Assembly: GCA_964640345.1 (NCBI GenBank)
Contig: CAZXFU010000003.1
Span: 1 to 35,165 of the forward strand
DNA from: an uncultured Eubacteriales bacterium
GTDB lineage: Bacteria > Bacillota > Clostridia > TANB77 > RGIG9151
Reading direction: 5' to 3'
Length of the DNA: 35,165 bases
The notes beneath the pieces were generated by a model. That model did no database searches. It had not been told where the DNA came from and worked only from the letters and a program-made list of their open reading frames with translations. This document shows positions 25,314-35,165 of the stretch, piece by piece. The position numbers were made by a program, and so were the translations under genes. How positions within the stretch are numbered: the stretch's first letter is position 1; every line of letters starts with the position of its first letter.

Positions 25314-26486
25314 ATGGGGGAAATAATTTTAGGTATTGTAATAGGTCTGATAGTGTTATTAGTGTTATTTTTGATAATTTTGTTTGTACATCAGCCCCGG
25401 GCGATAAAGGTAAAAAATGATACATTTTCTTTAGAAGAGCTTACTTACTCACCTGTATTTAAAAAAGTAATTAATGGTCTTATGCCACCGGCAGAAGAGA
25501 GGGAATACAGGCAAAACGAGAGACTTATAAGTGACTCCGGAGTTAATATCTCAATGAGAGTGTTTTACTTATTTAAGGTTGTAACGCCGATTGTTTTGCT
25601 AGTAATATTTTTATCTATATTTTTTATTAACAGATCAATAAGAATAGATGCCATTATAACAGACCAAATAGTTGAAACTGTTGATGTACTTGGAAGCGAT
25701 TCAACAAAGCAGGTTGATACTTCATCTAATCAAGAAAAACGTGAAATGGAAAAGGCAAGAAAAGATACGTATCAAATAGTTGAAAATTTGATTGATACAA
25801 GAATTCTAAAAACAGAAGATGCTTTAACCGCAAAGCAGGTTATTCAGGAAATTATGTTAGAAAACCATCTCACGACAGATGATAATGTAGCAAACGACGT
25901 ACCAGATATGTATGACAAACTAAAGAAAGTTTATGCTGCAAAGGAGATAAGTCCGGTATCAATATTACTTATATTGCTATTCTCATTGTGTGGATATTAT
26001 ATCCCAAATGCATATTTAAGAATATCGAGATTAATAAGATATCAATCTTTTGATAATGAAGTTATAGCACTTGAGATGCTAACTATAATGGTGGGGTCTA
26101 TTGAGAACGTTACGGTAAAAGAGGTCTTAAGAATTTTATCATTAAATAGTAAGGCATTTAAACCAAACTTTGAAAAAGCCTTGCTTGAATATCCGATAGA
26201 CTTTGAGCAAGCACTTATAAATTTAGGCGATAGCAGTAAAAATAAAGATTTTCAGGCTCTTGTTTCTACACTAAGGCAATGTGCTACGTCGGATAAATAT
26301 TCAGCGTTGCAAACGCTTCAAAGAAGAAGGCTTAGTAGGAAAGAATATCGGAAACTAATGGAAGAGAAAAAAATCGAAACAAAGATGTATATTGCATTTG
26401 TGATGTTACTTCCTGTATTGTTCTTCCTTGCAAAGTTGCTGTTATCTCCATGGCAAGATTTGATGAATACAAGCGGTTTGCTGTAA
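25314..26486 (+). CDS. TadC-like platform protein (T2SS-F domain), enlarged
   Basis: N-terminal TM helix, a second TM helix, a roughly 110-aa soluble insert, then a T2SSF-like domain (EVIALEMLTIMVGSIENVTVKEVLRIL...FEQALINLGD...ALQTLQ) and a C-terminal TM helix. The ATG at 25314 follows AAAGGGG; the track TTG at 25281 is an alternative start. Confidence 0.6.
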   Translation: MGEIILGIVIGLIVLLVLFLIILFVHQPRAIKVKNDTFSLEELTYSPVFKKVINGLMPPAEEREYRQNERLISDSGVNISMRVFYLFKVVTPIVLLVIFLSIFFINRSIRIDAIITDQIVETVDVLGSDSTKQVDTSSNQEKREMEKARKDTYQIVENLIDTRILKTEDALTAKQVIQEIMLENHLTTDDNVANDVPDMYDKLKKVYAAKEISPVSILLILLFSLCGYYIPNAYLRISRLIRYQSFDNEVIALEMLTIMVGSIENVTVKEVLRILSLNSKAFKPNFEKALLEYPIDFEQALINLGDSSKNKDFQALVSTLRQCATSDKYSALQTLQRRRLSRKEYRKLMEEKKIETKMYIAFVMLLPVLFFLAKLLLSPWQDLMNTSGLL

Positions 26487-26487
26487 A

Positions 26488-26538
26488 AAAAATATGGACG
26501 AATTTAGACTTTTTCGGTAGCCTAATCTCGTCCATTTT
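26488..26538. terminator. Probable bidirectional terminator between convergent genes
   Basis: ATGGACGA (26494-26501) pairs with TCGTCCAT (26528-26535), with additional imperfect inner pairing. It is flanked by an A8 run upstream and a T7 run downstream. Confidence 0.4.
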
Positions 26539-26539
26539 T

Positions 26540-26764
26540 TTAGTTCTTTAACAAATTATTTATGTAGTATAACATTAACATCGTTTCATCTACTAAGGCT
26601 TGCTCTCCAAGAGGCTTAGAAATGTCTATTGCATTTTCCGGAGAACAATTTGCTTTATTATTAAAAAAATCAACTAATTTTTTTGGCAAAATTCTTCTTT
26701 CATTTTCAGGGAGCAAACTAATAATTGCATTTACTTGATTAATCATTTTTTGAATATTATTCAT
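26540..26764 (-). CDS. Small hypothetical protein (74 aa)
   Basis: I preferred the ATG at 26764 (MNNIQKMINQVNAIISLLPENERRILPKKLVDFF...), which overlaps the upstream gene's stop by 8 nt. The track start at 26851 would overlap it by 95 nt. No family assigned. Confidence 0.5.
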   Translation of the reverse strand: MNNIQKMINQVNAIISLLPENERRILPKKLVDFFNNKANCSPENAIDISKPLGEQALVDETMLMLYYINNLLKN

Positions 26765-28550
26765 GTGCAAGTCCTCCGTTTCTTCTGGATTTAGTTTCTG
26801 CTTTTGAAGGTAATATGCTTCCCGGAACTGATTGTTCGATAATTGCGGCAAGTAAAGCTTTAATTTCGGGAGTAGTATTTTTCAGTGCAATACGTAATCT
26901 TTCCATAGAGTCTTTTTGACTTAAAAAGTCATCTAAATCTTTTGCTGTAAATTGAGGTAAAGAGGTTTGATGATTTTCTGCTAAGTTTTCCAGTTCTTCT
27001 TTTTCTACGGTAGTTGTTTTTCTGACGTTGTTTTTTTTACGGGAAAGTTTTCCTAAAATCTCTAAATTTTCTATTGAATGGATAGCTTTACCGGAAGATA
27101 ATTTGATATCCGGGTAACTTTCCTGTAATTTTGATTTTATTTTACCAGATAGCTTATAAAACAATGGTTTACTGCCTAAGTCATCTTGTATTCGAATTAT
27201 AAAGAAGTCGCCTGTATTTTTTTTCTTACTAGTTTCTCCGCAAGATTTTATTTCAATACGGTCTTTTTTCTTTGAGCTAGATATGATTGAACTTAAAATA
27301 TCATATTGTTGGCTCTCAAATTCTTCAGGAAGTATTTTTTTCATATCAAAAGCAGTTTGTAAAATTTCCATTTCAAATATTTTTGATAGCTCAAATCCAT
27401 TATGAAACGCATTTGAATCTAATAACGGTAATAGTTTTCGAATTACATCGTTATCGGAATTTTTAATATTTTCCCAAATTTCTTCGGAGTTCTTGTGTAT
27501 TGTTTCGGGTAGATTATCAGGTTTAATATTAGTACTAACTATAGCTTCTTCGGGAACGTTTGGAGCTTTTTCTTCATATATCCCTCCTCCAGTGAATTCA
27601 CTATTATATTTAGTGTCTTTATAAAGTTGAGGTCTTTTAAATCGGTCTATTTTATACGAACTTTCATCTCTTATTAAAGTTTCAATCGTTTTGGCATTAT
27701 TTAAGTTCAAGGCATCTTTTATAGCAGAGTCTAGAGTAACGTTTAAACGCAAGTTAAAAAATTTATTTTTTATATCTTTGCGGTTAAAAGATTTTTTATT
27801 GCTAAATTCTGGAACATGGTGCTTTAGGACCTTTTCAGCCATTATATAAAATGACTCCGGTAACTCTGAATGCGGATTTAATAGCTCTTCGTCTTTTGAA
27901 TGCCAACTTAAAAAGTAGCTAAAATCTTTAATATTATCATTATTTAGCGTTTTAAGAACCTCAGGCTTAGTAAAACGTTCCAAACTATTTATATGAAGAA
28001 AAAAACTTACCTTTGCATTTGGACGATCTGTCTCGATTGCAAATGTTCTTTCAGGATATTGTTCTTTTAAGTGTTTTATTAGTCTGTTTTTCATCTCGTA
28101 ACTAGGCTTTGTAAGTACGCTGGTATTAACATTAGCATTGGGGTTTTCACAATAATCACGTAAATGTGACAAGTTGCCCAAAAATTGAATCAATATAGCT
28201 AATTGCAAGTCGTCTTGCTCGGTTTCATCGATTTTTTTGATGTTATCTAGTGAATTAAAGCGTGTATGGTAATCATGTTGATTGCATGTAATTAAAGCCT
28301 GCTGATAAAGAATCGGGTCTTCATTTCTATCATGTACATGTACATAGTTTACCATCCAACTATACCTATCGATGGGATCATCGAAGTCCGGCTGAAGTTT
28401 TTCAATTAGCATTGATGCAAAATTTAGTATTCCGGAAAAATCAGATGTTACATTATCTTCTTTATCGACAAGTGGATGTGAATTTTCTTTCAAAAGGTTA
28501 TTAAGCAACGTTCGCAGTACTGTTTCTACCTCATTAAATATGGGATCCAT
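26757..28550 (-). CDS. Large hypothetical protein (597 aa), no recognised domain
   Basis: Uninterrupted 1.8-kb ORF with AGGAGA RBS. The protein is soluble and Lys/Glu/Asn-rich. It is divergent from dnaE. Confidence 0.65.
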   Translation of the reverse strand: MDPIFNEVETVLRTLLNNLLKENSHPLVDKEDNVTSDFSGILNFASMLIEKLQPDFDDPIDRYSWMVNYVHVHDRNEDPILYQQALITCNQHDYHTRFNSLDNIKKIDETEQDDLQLAILIQFLGNLSHLRDYCENPNANVNTSVLTKPSYEMKNRLIKHLKEQYPERTFAIETDRPNAKVSFFLHINSLERFTKPEVLKTLNNDNIKDFSYFLSWHSKDEELLNPHSELPESFYIMAEKVLKHHVPEFSNKKSFNRKDIKNKFFNLRLNVTLDSAIKDALNLNNAKTIETLIRDESSYKIDRFKRPQLYKDTKYNSEFTGGGIYEEKAPNVPEEAIVSTNIKPDNLPETIHKNSEEIWENIKNSDNDVIRKLLPLLDSNAFHNGFELSKIFEMEILQTAFDMKKILPEEFESQQYDILSSIISSSKKKDRIEIKSCGETSKKKNTGDFFIIRIQDDLGSKPLFYKLSGKIKSKLQESYPDIKLSSGKAIHSIENLEILGKLSRKKNNVRKTTTVEKEELENLAENHQTSLPQFTAKDLDDFLSQKDSMERLRIALKNTTPEIKALLAAIIEQSVPGSILPSKAETKSRRNGGLAHE

Positions 28551-28690
28551 CTCATCATCTCCTGTATAATAATCATCAATTTATATATCGGCATAACACA
28601 TATAGTAGATTAATCTAAGTTGTGCCCTGAAATAGAATTATGGACAAAATCCTGATTATCTGTTATTATTTATCATGGGAGGCGACAGGT

Positions 28691-31600
28691 ATGCCCTTTG
28701 TTCATTTACATGTGCATAGTGAATATAGCTTGCTGGATGGTGCAATTCGCATAAAAGATTTGGTGGCGAGAGCTAAGGAGTTTGAAATGCCGGCGATCGC
28801 TCTTACAGATCATGGTGTTATGTACGGTGTTATGGATTTTTATAAGGAAGCGAAAAAAAATGGTATTAAGCCGATTATAGGTTGCGAGGTTTATGTTGCA
28901 ACGCGAAGTCGTTTTGATAGAGATTCTAATTCAGGAGATGCCGAAAGAGGGCATCTTGTTTTGCTATGTAAAAATAATGAAGGATATAGGAATTTAACAA
29001 AGCTTGTTTCACTTGGCTTTTTAGAAGGCTTTTATTATAAGCCTCGAATTGATAAGGAGATTTTAAGAAAATATTCTGCCGGGTTAATTGGACTTAGTGC
29101 ATGTTTAGCTGGAGAAATTCCAAGGGCACTTATTGAAAACGATTATGACAAGGCAAGAAATTTAGCTTTAGAATATAAAGATATTTTTGAGGATGGCAGT
29201 TTCTTTTTAGAGATGCAGTCTAATGGAATAGATGAACAGGTTTTAGTTAATCAGGGAATTGTGAGACTGGCTCGGGAATTAGATATTCCGCTTGTTGCAA
29301 CAAACGATGCTCATTACTTAACTAAAGATGACTATTATAGTCATGAGGTTTTATTATGTATCCAGACAGCGAAAAAGATGTCAGATACGGATAGGCTTAG
29401 TTTTTCAACAAATGAATTTTACTTAAAGTCTTCTGAAGAGATGGAGAGCAGGTTTAAGAATTTTCCGGAAGCTATTGGAAACACATTAAAAATTGCAGAT
29501 ATGTGTAATGTAGAGTTTGAGTTTGGAAATCTTAAACTGCCCGAATTCAAAATTGACACAGATATGTCGCATGAAGATTATTTTGTTGAACGTTGTAAGA
29601 AAGGTTTAGAGAAACGGTATTCAGGAAATGTTACGCAAGAAAAAATAGATAGGCTTAATTACGAAATTGATGTAATTAAGAAAATGGGATATGTTGACTA
29701 CTTTCTTATTGTTGAGGACTTTATAAGGTATGCTAAAGATAATGGAATACCTGTAGGCCCTGGAAGAGGCTCGGCTGCCGGAAGTATAGTTGCATATGCT
29801 CTGGAAATTACCGATATTGATCCGCTCAAGTTTAATTTGCTTTTTGAGAGGTTCTTAAACCCGGAAAGGGTTAGTATGCCGGATATTGACGTTGATTTTT
29901 GCTATAGAAGGCGTCAGGAAGTTATTGACTATGTTATAAGGAAGTACGGAAAGGAACATGTTGCTCAGATTATTACTTTTGGCACATTAGCTGCACGTGC
30001 GGTTATTCGTGATGTTGGACGTGTACTTGATATTTCTTATGCAAAGACGGATTTGGTAGCGAAAAATATTCCTAACGAGCTTGGAATTAATATAAAAAGG
30101 GCTCTTGAGATTAGTAATGATTTAAGGCTACTTTACGAGACTGATGTTGACGTTAAGAAGCTTATAGATATTTCTATGGCGTTAGAGGGATTGCCTCGTC
30201 ATGCTTCTACTCATGCGGCTGGGGTTGTTATTACGAAAGAGCCGGTTATGAATTATGTTGCATTATATAAAAATGACGAGAGCATAAGTACTCAGTTTAC
30301 CATGACGACATTAGAGGAGCTGGGGCTTCTTAAAATGGACTTCTTAGGGCTTAGAACACTTACTGTTATAAAAGATGCTATAGATTTTATAAAACAAAAT
30401 TATAATGTGGATATAGAGTTCACAGATGATATGTCAGATCCTTTGGTTTTTAAGCTGATTAGCGAGGGAAAGACAGAAGGTGTGTTTCAGCTTGAAAGTG
30501 CAGGTATGAAGGAGTTTATGCGTGAGTTAAAGCCGTCGACATTAGAAGATATTATTGCCGGTATTTCTTTATATAGACCGGGACCGATGGATCAAATCCC
30601 GAGATATATAAAAAATAAGAATTCAGGTAAGGAAATTACATATTTGCATCCGGCGTTAGAACCTATTTTAAATGTTACATACGGATGTATGGTTTACCAA
30701 GAGCAAGTTATGCAAATTGTTCGTGAACTTGCCGGTTATAGTTTTGGACATGCAGATTTGGTAAGGCGTGCGATGGCGAAGAAAAAAGCCGATGTTATGG
30801 CAAAGGAGAGAAACATTTTTATTGATGGCTGCGTTGAACGTGGGATTGATGAGGAATCGGCTAATAAAATTTTTGATGAGATGACGGATTTTGCAAAGTA
30901 TGCGTTTAACAAATCTCATGCTGCTGCTTATGCTGTTGTTGCGTACAGGACAGCATTTTTGAAAGCTCATTACCCGGCCGAGTTTATGGCTGCGATGCTA
31001 AATAGTTTTATTGGAAGTTTGGAAAAAGTTCCGCAGTATATTACAGAGTGTAGAAAGCTTGGAATAAAGATTTTAGGACCGAATATTAATGAGAGCTTTA
31101 CACTTTTTACAGTTAAGGGTAATGCCATTAGGTTTGGCCTTGCGGCTGTTAAGAATATTGGAGAAGATGCTGTTGATATTATTGTTGAAGAACGTGATAA
31201 AAACGGAATTTTTAAGGATTTTGACGATTTTTGTAAGAGAATTTCAGGTAAGAGGATAAATAAAAAATGCGTGGAATCACTTATTAAGTGCGGAGCGTTT
31301 GACGGAATGAAGTACAGATCTATTTTACTTGATTCCTATGAAAAAATTATTGATGGGATTTCTCAAAGTGAGAAAAATAATGTTATTGGACAATTTAGTC
31401 TTTTTGATATGGAGAAAGGTGAAAAAGATTCTTCTGTGAATTTTAATTATCCTGTAAAACCGGAGCTTTCCGAGAAGGAACTTCTTACACTTGAAAAGGA
31501 AATGCTGGGCTTATATATTAGTGGGCATCCGCTTGATAAGTTTAGAGATATTATTGAGAAACGTAGTAATATTAACTTGCATGACGTTTTAGAGTATATT

Positions 31601-32125
31601 GAGAACGTTAATAATGAAAACTTTGAAAATAAGATAACAGATAATATGGATGTTACTATTGGCGGGATTATTGAGAACCCTAGGTCGAAAATCACTAAGA
31701 ACAATGAAAAGATGGGCTTTTTTGGTCTTGAGGATTTTTACGGAACTATTGATGTTATTGTGTTTCCTAAGGTTTATCGGAAGATAGAGGAGTGCATAAA
31801 AGAGGATGTTCCGGTTATTATAAAGGGTCGACTTAGTTTAAGAGAAGATGAGGCTCCTAAGATAATTTGCAATTTCATTGAAGAGATAAAGATGACTGCT
31901 TCAAAGTTATATTTGAAGATTGATGAAAAAAATGAAGGAATTGTTGATGATAAAATTATACCAATATTAAGAAGCAGTTTAGGTAGTACGTCTGTTATGC
32001 TTTATTATTCGGGAGAAAAGGTTACGAAAGTTGTGCCCAAAGAACTTTCGGTTAATGCCTCTGAGCATTTAATTTTGGAGTTAAAGGATGTGCTGGGGGA
32101 AGAAAATGTGAAATGCGTGTATTAA
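28691..32125 (+). CDS. dnaE: DNA polymerase III alpha subunit (DnaE type)
   Basis: N-terminal PHP domain [16 protein letters not shown], the polymerase core ([38 protein letters not shown]) and a C-terminal OB fold. The ATG at 28691 follows GGGAGG; the track start at 28640 adds 17 unlikely residues. Confidence 0.95.
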   Translation: MPFVHLHVHSEYSLLDGAIRIKDLVARAKEFEMPAIALTDHGVMYGVMDFYKEAKKNGIKPIIGCEVYVATRSRFDRDSNSGDAERGHLVLLCKNNEGYRNLTKLVSLGFLEGFYYKPRIDKEILRKYSAGLIGLSACLAGEIPRALIENDYDKARNLALEYKDIFEDGSFFLEMQSNGIDEQVLVNQGIVRLARELDIPLVATNDAHYLTKDDYYSHEVLLCIQTAKKMSDTDRLSFSTNEFYLKSSEEMESRFKNFPEAIGNTLKIADMCNVEFEFGNLKLPEFKIDTDMSHEDYFVERCKKGLEKRYSGNVTQEKIDRLNYEIDVIKKMGYVDYFLIVEDFIRYAKDNGIPVGPGRGSAAGSIVAYALEITDIDPLKFNLLFERFLNPERVSMPDIDVDFCYRRRQEVIDYVIRKYGKEHVAQIITFGTLAARAVIRDVGRVLDISYAKTDLVAKNIPNELGINIKRALEISNDLRLLYETDVDVKKLIDISMALEGLPRHASTHAAGVVITKEPVMNYVALYKNDESISTQFTMTTLEELGLLKMDFLGLRTLTVIKDAIDFIKQNYNVDIEFTDDMSDPLVFKLISEGKTEGVFQLESAGMKEFMRELKPSTLEDIIAGISLYRPGPMDQIPRYIKNKNSGKEITYLHPALEPILNVTYGCMVYQEQVMQIVRELAGYSFGHADLVRRAMAKKKADVMAKERNIFIDGCVERGIDEESANKIFDEMTDFAKYAFNKSHAAAYAVVAYRTAFLKAHYPAEFMAAMLNSFIGSLEKVPQYITECRKLGIKILGPNINESFTLFTVKGNAIRFGLAAVKNIGEDAVDIIVEERDKNGIFKDFDDFCKRISGKRINKKCVESLIKCGAFDGMKYRSILLDSYEKIIDGISQSEKNNVIGQFSLFDMEKGEKDSSVNFNYPVKPELSEKELLTLEKEMLGLYISGHPLDKFRDIIEKRSNINLHDVLEYIENVNNENFENKITDNMDVTIGGIIENPRSKITKNNEKMGFFGLEDFYGTIDVIVFPKVYRKIEECIKEDVPVIIKGRLSLREDEAPKIICNFIEEIKMTASKLYLKIDEKNEGIVDDKIIPILRSSLGSTSVMLYYSGEKVTKVVPKELSVNASEHLILELKDVLGEENVKCVY

Positions 32126-32145
32126 TAAGAAGGGAAGTAATTGAT

Positions 32146-34962
32146 TTGGAGTATATAAAAATTAAAGGTGCTAAAGAGAATAATTTGAAGAATATTGATG
32201 TTAATATCCCTAGAAATAAGTTTGTTGTTATTACTGGACTCAGCGGTTCCGGGAAGTCGTCACTTGCTTTTGATACTATTTATGCTGAAGGGCAAAGACG
32301 TTATGTCGAGTCTTTGTCTGCATATGCTAGGCAGTTTTTAGGTCTTATGGAGAAACCTAATGTTGAGTATATTGAGGGTCTTTCTCCTGCCATTTCTATA
32401 GATCAAAAGACTACTAGTAAAAATCCTCGTTCTACCGTTGGAACAGTTACGGAAATTTATGATTATTTGAGATTATTATATGCTCGTATTGGTCATCCTC
32501 ATTGTCCTAGTTGTGGTAAGCCGATAACTCAGCAGTCTGTTGATCAGATTACAGATAATATTCTAGCCTTACCTGAGGGGAGTAAAATTCAGATTTTAGC
32601 TCCTGTAATTCGAGGTAAAAAGGGCGAGCATATTAAAGTGTTTGAAGATGCTAGGAAGAACGGCTTTGTTAGGGCAAGAGTTGATGGAGAGATTTTAGAT
32701 TTGAATGAAGAAATTTCTTTGGATAAGCAAAAGAAACATAATATCGAAATTATTGTTGATAGGTTGGTTATTAAAGCTGAGATAGAGAAGCGTATTTCAG
32801 AGTCTGTTGAGACTGCTTGTAATATTGCTGATAACTTGGTTATGGTTGACGTTAATGGTCAAGAGAATTTGCTTTTTTCTCAAAATTATGCTTGCCCGGA
32901 TTGCGGGATAAGTATTGAAGAAATCGAGCCAAGGCAGTTTTCTTTTAACAGCCCATTTGGTGCTTGCCCGAGATGTGCCGGAATTGGTACTTTGATGGAG
33001 ATAGATCCAAAGTTGGTAATACCTGATCCTAAACTTAGTTTAAATGAAGGTGCGATAAAGGTGGCCGGATGGAGCAGTAATAGTGGTGATGGCTATAATA
33101 TGATGTATTTAAGAGCTTTAGCAGAGCATTTTAATTTTAGCTTGGACACGCCTTTTGAGAAGTTATCGGATAAGGTTAAGAATATTATTTTGTATGGTAC
33201 AAAAGAGCGTTTTAAAGTTAAATATGAAAAAGCTTATGGGAGTGCGGATTATTTATCTACTTTTGAGGGGGTTATAAATTCTCTTATGCGAAGATATAGG
33301 GACACGAGTTCTCAGAGCATGAAAGATTATTATGAGTCGCTTATGTCTAATGCTGTTTGCCCGATTTGTGGAGGAAAGAGGCTAAAGAAAGAATCTTTAG
33401 CTGTTACTGTCGGAAATAAGAATATTTATGAGCTTACTAATTTATCTGTTTTGCAGATGAGAGAGTTTTTTAATAAGCTAAAAATGACTAAAAAAGAAGA
33501 GACTATTTCTTACCAGATTTTAAAAGAGATTAAGGCTAGACTTGAGTTTTTAGTTAATGTGGGTCTTGAGTATTTGACTTTATCAAGGGCTTCAGCTACG
33601 CTGTCTGGAGGAGAAGCACAGAGAATAAGGCTTGCTACACAGATTGGGTCTGGACTTACAGGGGTTTTATATATTCTTGATGAGCCTAGCATTGGTCTTC
33701 ATCAAAGAGATAATCAGAAGCTAATAGATGCTTTAAAAAATTTACGCGATTTGGGTAATACGCTTATTGTGGTTGAGCATGACGAAGATACGATGTATGC
33801 TGCAGACGAAATCATTGATATAGGTCCGGGAGCGGGAGTACACGGTGGTAAGGTTGTTGCTCAAGGAACTGTTGAGGAAATTAAAGCTAATAAGGATTCT
33901 ATTACAGGGGCATATCTTAGCGGCAGAAAAAAGATAGAAGTGCCTAAAGATAGAAGAAAAGGAAATGGAAAAGAGTTAAAGGTAATCGGAGCTAGTGAAA
34001 ATAATTTAAAAAATGTAAATGTTACTTTTAAACAGGGTGTTATAAATTGTGTTACAGGTGTTTCAGGCTCAGGAAAGAGCTCATTAGTAAATGAAATCCT
34101 ATATAAATCTTTGGCTAATAAATTAAACCGTGCTAATTTGGATGCTGGGAAGTATAAAGAAATAAAGGGATATGAAAGTCTTGACAAGGTAATAAATATT
34201 GATCAGTCGCCTATTGGCAGAACGCCACGTTCTAATCCTGCGACGTACACTGGAGTTTTTGATTTGATAAGGAAATTATTTGCGGAGACGAATGAAGCTA
34301 AGATGAGAGGATATAATCCTGGGAGATTTAGTTTTAATATTCGTGGCGGAAGATGTGAGTCTTGCTCAGGAGATGGCATTATAAAAATTGAAATGCACTT
34401 TTTACCTGATGTTTATGTTCCTTGTGAGGTTTGTAAAGGAAAGAGATATAATAGAGAAACCCTAGAGGTAAAGTATAAAGGGAAGAGTATTTCTGATGTA
34501 CTTAATATGACAGTTGAGGAAGCTTTAGAATTTTTTAAGAATTTACCTTCGATAAAAAATAAAATTCAGACTTTGTATGATGTCGGACTTGGATATATAA
34601 AACTTGGGCAGGCGTCTACAACACTGTCTGGTGGCGAGGCTCAAAGAATAAAATTAGCTTCAGAATTAAGTCGTAGAAGTACCGGAAGTACGTTATATAT
34701 TTTAGATGAACCCACAACAGGTCTTCATATGGCTGACGTTTCCAAACTTATTGATATATTGTACAAATTAGCTGACGCAGGAAATACGATAGTTGTTATT
34801 GAGCATAATTTAGATATTATTAAGTGTGCGGATTATATTATAGATTTAGGACCGGATGGTGGGGAAAAGGGTGGTAATATTATTGCTACTGGTACTCCCG
34901 AGGATGTTGCTAAAGTTAAAGAGTCTGCTACAGGAGAGTATTTAAAGAAAATGTTGAAGTGA
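32146..34962 (+). CDS. uvrA: Excinuclease ABC subunit UvrA
   Basis: [16 protein letters not shown], two Walker A motifs ([18 protein letters not shown]), two ABC signatures (LSGGEAQRI twice) and zinc-finger cysteines. The TTG at 32146 follows AAGAAGGGAAG and gives the canonical N-terminus; the track ATG at 32113 would overlap dnaE. Confidence 0.95.
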   Translation: MEYIKIKGAKENNLKNIDVNIPRNKFVVITGLSGSGKSSLAFDTIYAEGQRRYVESLSAYARQFLGLMEKPNVEYIEGLSPAISIDQKTTSKNPRSTVGTVTEIYDYLRLLYARIGHPHCPSCGKPITQQSVDQITDNILALPEGSKIQILAPVIRGKKGEHIKVFEDARKNGFVRARVDGEILDLNEEISLDKQKKHNIEIIVDRLVIKAEIEKRISESVETACNIADNLVMVDVNGQENLLFSQNYACPDCGISIEEIEPRQFSFNSPFGACPRCAGIGTLMEIDPKLVIPDPKLSLNEGAIKVAGWSSNSGDGYNMMYLRALAEHFNFSLDTPFEKLSDKVKNIILYGTKERFKVKYEKAYGSADYLSTFEGVINSLMRRYRDTSSQSMKDYYESLMSNAVCPICGGKRLKKESLAVTVGNKNIYELTNLSVLQMREFFNKLKMTKKEETISYQILKEIKARLEFLVNVGLEYLTLSRASATLSGGEAQRIRLATQIGSGLTGVLYILDEPSIGLHQRDNQKLIDALKNLRDLGNTLIVVEHDEDTMYAADEIIDIGPGAGVHGGKVVAQGTVEEIKANKDSITGAYLSGRKKIEVPKDRRKGNGKELKVIGASENNLKNVNVTFKQGVINCVTGVSGSGKSSLVNEILYKSLANKLNRANLDAGKYKEIKGYESLDKVINIDQSPIGRTPRSNPATYTGVFDLIRKLFAETNEAKMRGYNPGRFSFNIRGGRCESCSGDGIIKIEMHFLPDVYVPCEVCKGKRYNRETLEVKYKGKSISDVLNMTVEEALEFFKNLPSIKNKIQTLYDVGLGYIKLGQASTTLSGGEAQRIKLASELSRRSTGSTLYILDEPTTGLHMADVSKLIDILYKLADAGNTIVVIEHNLDIIKCADYIIDLGPDGGEKGGNIIATGTPEDVAKVKESATGEYLKKMLK

Positions 34963-35052
34963 TGCATTAAGTAAAAATAGATAATGACCGATATATGAGC
35001 AGTAGGTAATGTTGTTTTGCATTAAAAATGATTTTTGAAGGGGAGAGATTTT

Positions 35053-35165
35053 ATGGTAAATGTGAACGATATTCCATGCGGAGAAATGAGAAAAGAGTCA
35101 TGGAATAACCTGTCTCAAGGCAAGTGGGGGAAAGCAGCAGTAACGACGTTGGTGTTTTTTTTAAT
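35053..35165 (+). CDS. DUF975-like membrane protein, 5' partial
   Basis: ATG at 35053 follows GGGGAGAG. MVNVNDIPCGEMRKESWNNLSQGKWGKAAVTTLVFF resembles the DUF975 N-terminus (..r.ak..Lkg.w..a....l). It is truncated by the window end. Confidence 0.4.
   Translation, partial: MVNVNDIPCGEMRKESWNNLSQGKWGKAAVTTLVFFL

Noticed and set aside
26765-26851. Long form (103 aa) of the small minus-strand ORF overlapping the 597-aa gene by 95 nt
   Set aside because: The internal ATG at 26764 gives the typical 8-nt stop/start overlap. The extra 29 residues come from the alternative frame of the upstream gene's C-terminus.
27900-28400. HD-domain phosphohydrolase in the N-terminal part of the 597-aa protein (HVHD, QHDYH)
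   Set aside because: These are short His/Asp strings only. I could not establish the spacing and surrounding helices expected of an HD domain by eye. It is mentioned only as a lead.
14344-28550. The whole T4CP-to-Tad region as an integrative conjugative element or prophage
   Set aside because: I saw no integrase or recombinase, relaxase, VirB4, replication or phage structural genes, no tRNA target and no flanking direct repeats. The region is also interrupted by housekeeping ispG-coaD with their own promoter. A degraded ICE origin cannot be excluded, but it cannot be claimed from this sequence.
28640-28690. N-terminal extensions in the track for dnaE (28640) and uvrA (32113, overlapping dnaE)
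   Set aside because: Family N-termini ([11 protein letters not shown] for Dna[14 protein letters not shown] for UvrA) and well-placed RBSs support the internal starts at 28691 (ATG) and 32146 (TTG).
1-35165. GGCC avoidance as evidence that the R-M system is long-resident
   Set aside because: I noticed roughly a dozen GGCC sites by eye (for example 4271, 8924, 11673, 15959, 16127, 21944, 30972). That is not obviously different from expectation at this base composition. I cannot do a proper count or statistics here, so I make no claim.

Overview
Low-GC chromosomal segment that looks Bacillota/Clostridia-like, with strong GGAGG-type RBSs and frequent TTG/GTG starts. All calls come from reading the translated ORFs against remembered family motifs; no searches were run.

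Gene content, left to right:
- (1) Flagellar switch/export operon flbD-fliL-fliM-fliY-fliO-fliP-fliQ-fliR-flhB (200-6286, +). It ends in a 25-bp-arm perfect palindromic terminator.
- (2) Convergent OmpR-type response regulator and histidine kinase (6348-8457, -).
- (3) Compact type II restriction-modification pair (8717-10679, +). The methyltransferase is very close to my recollection of M.HaeIII (GGCC).
- (4) Housekeeping genes prs, nadK and recN (10913-14328, +).
- (5) Two unknown proteins, a VirD4/TraG-type coupling protein and a small membrane protein (14347-17685, +).
- (6) ispG, interrupted by an in-frame TAA at a conserved Gln codon, then coaD (17816-19332, +) and a convergent DUF1858-like gene.
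- (7) A seven-gene operon (19756-26486, +). It joins a VirB2/TrbC-like pilin and a VirB6/TrbL-like polytopic protein to a Tad/Cpa-type core (CpaB, TadZ-like, CpaF/TadA, TadB-like, TadC-like). There is no Flp pilin, pseudopilin or prepilin peptidase.
- (8) An unknown 597-aa protein with an overlapping 74-aa partner (26540-28550, -).
- (9) dnaE and uvrA (28691-34962, +), then the start of a DUF975-like membrane protein.

The best candidate for an undescribed system is the chimeric T4SS/Tad operon, possibly working with the orphan coupling-protein module 2.3 kb upstream. No integrase, relaxase, VirB4, transposase, CRISPR array, tRNA or rRNA was seen.
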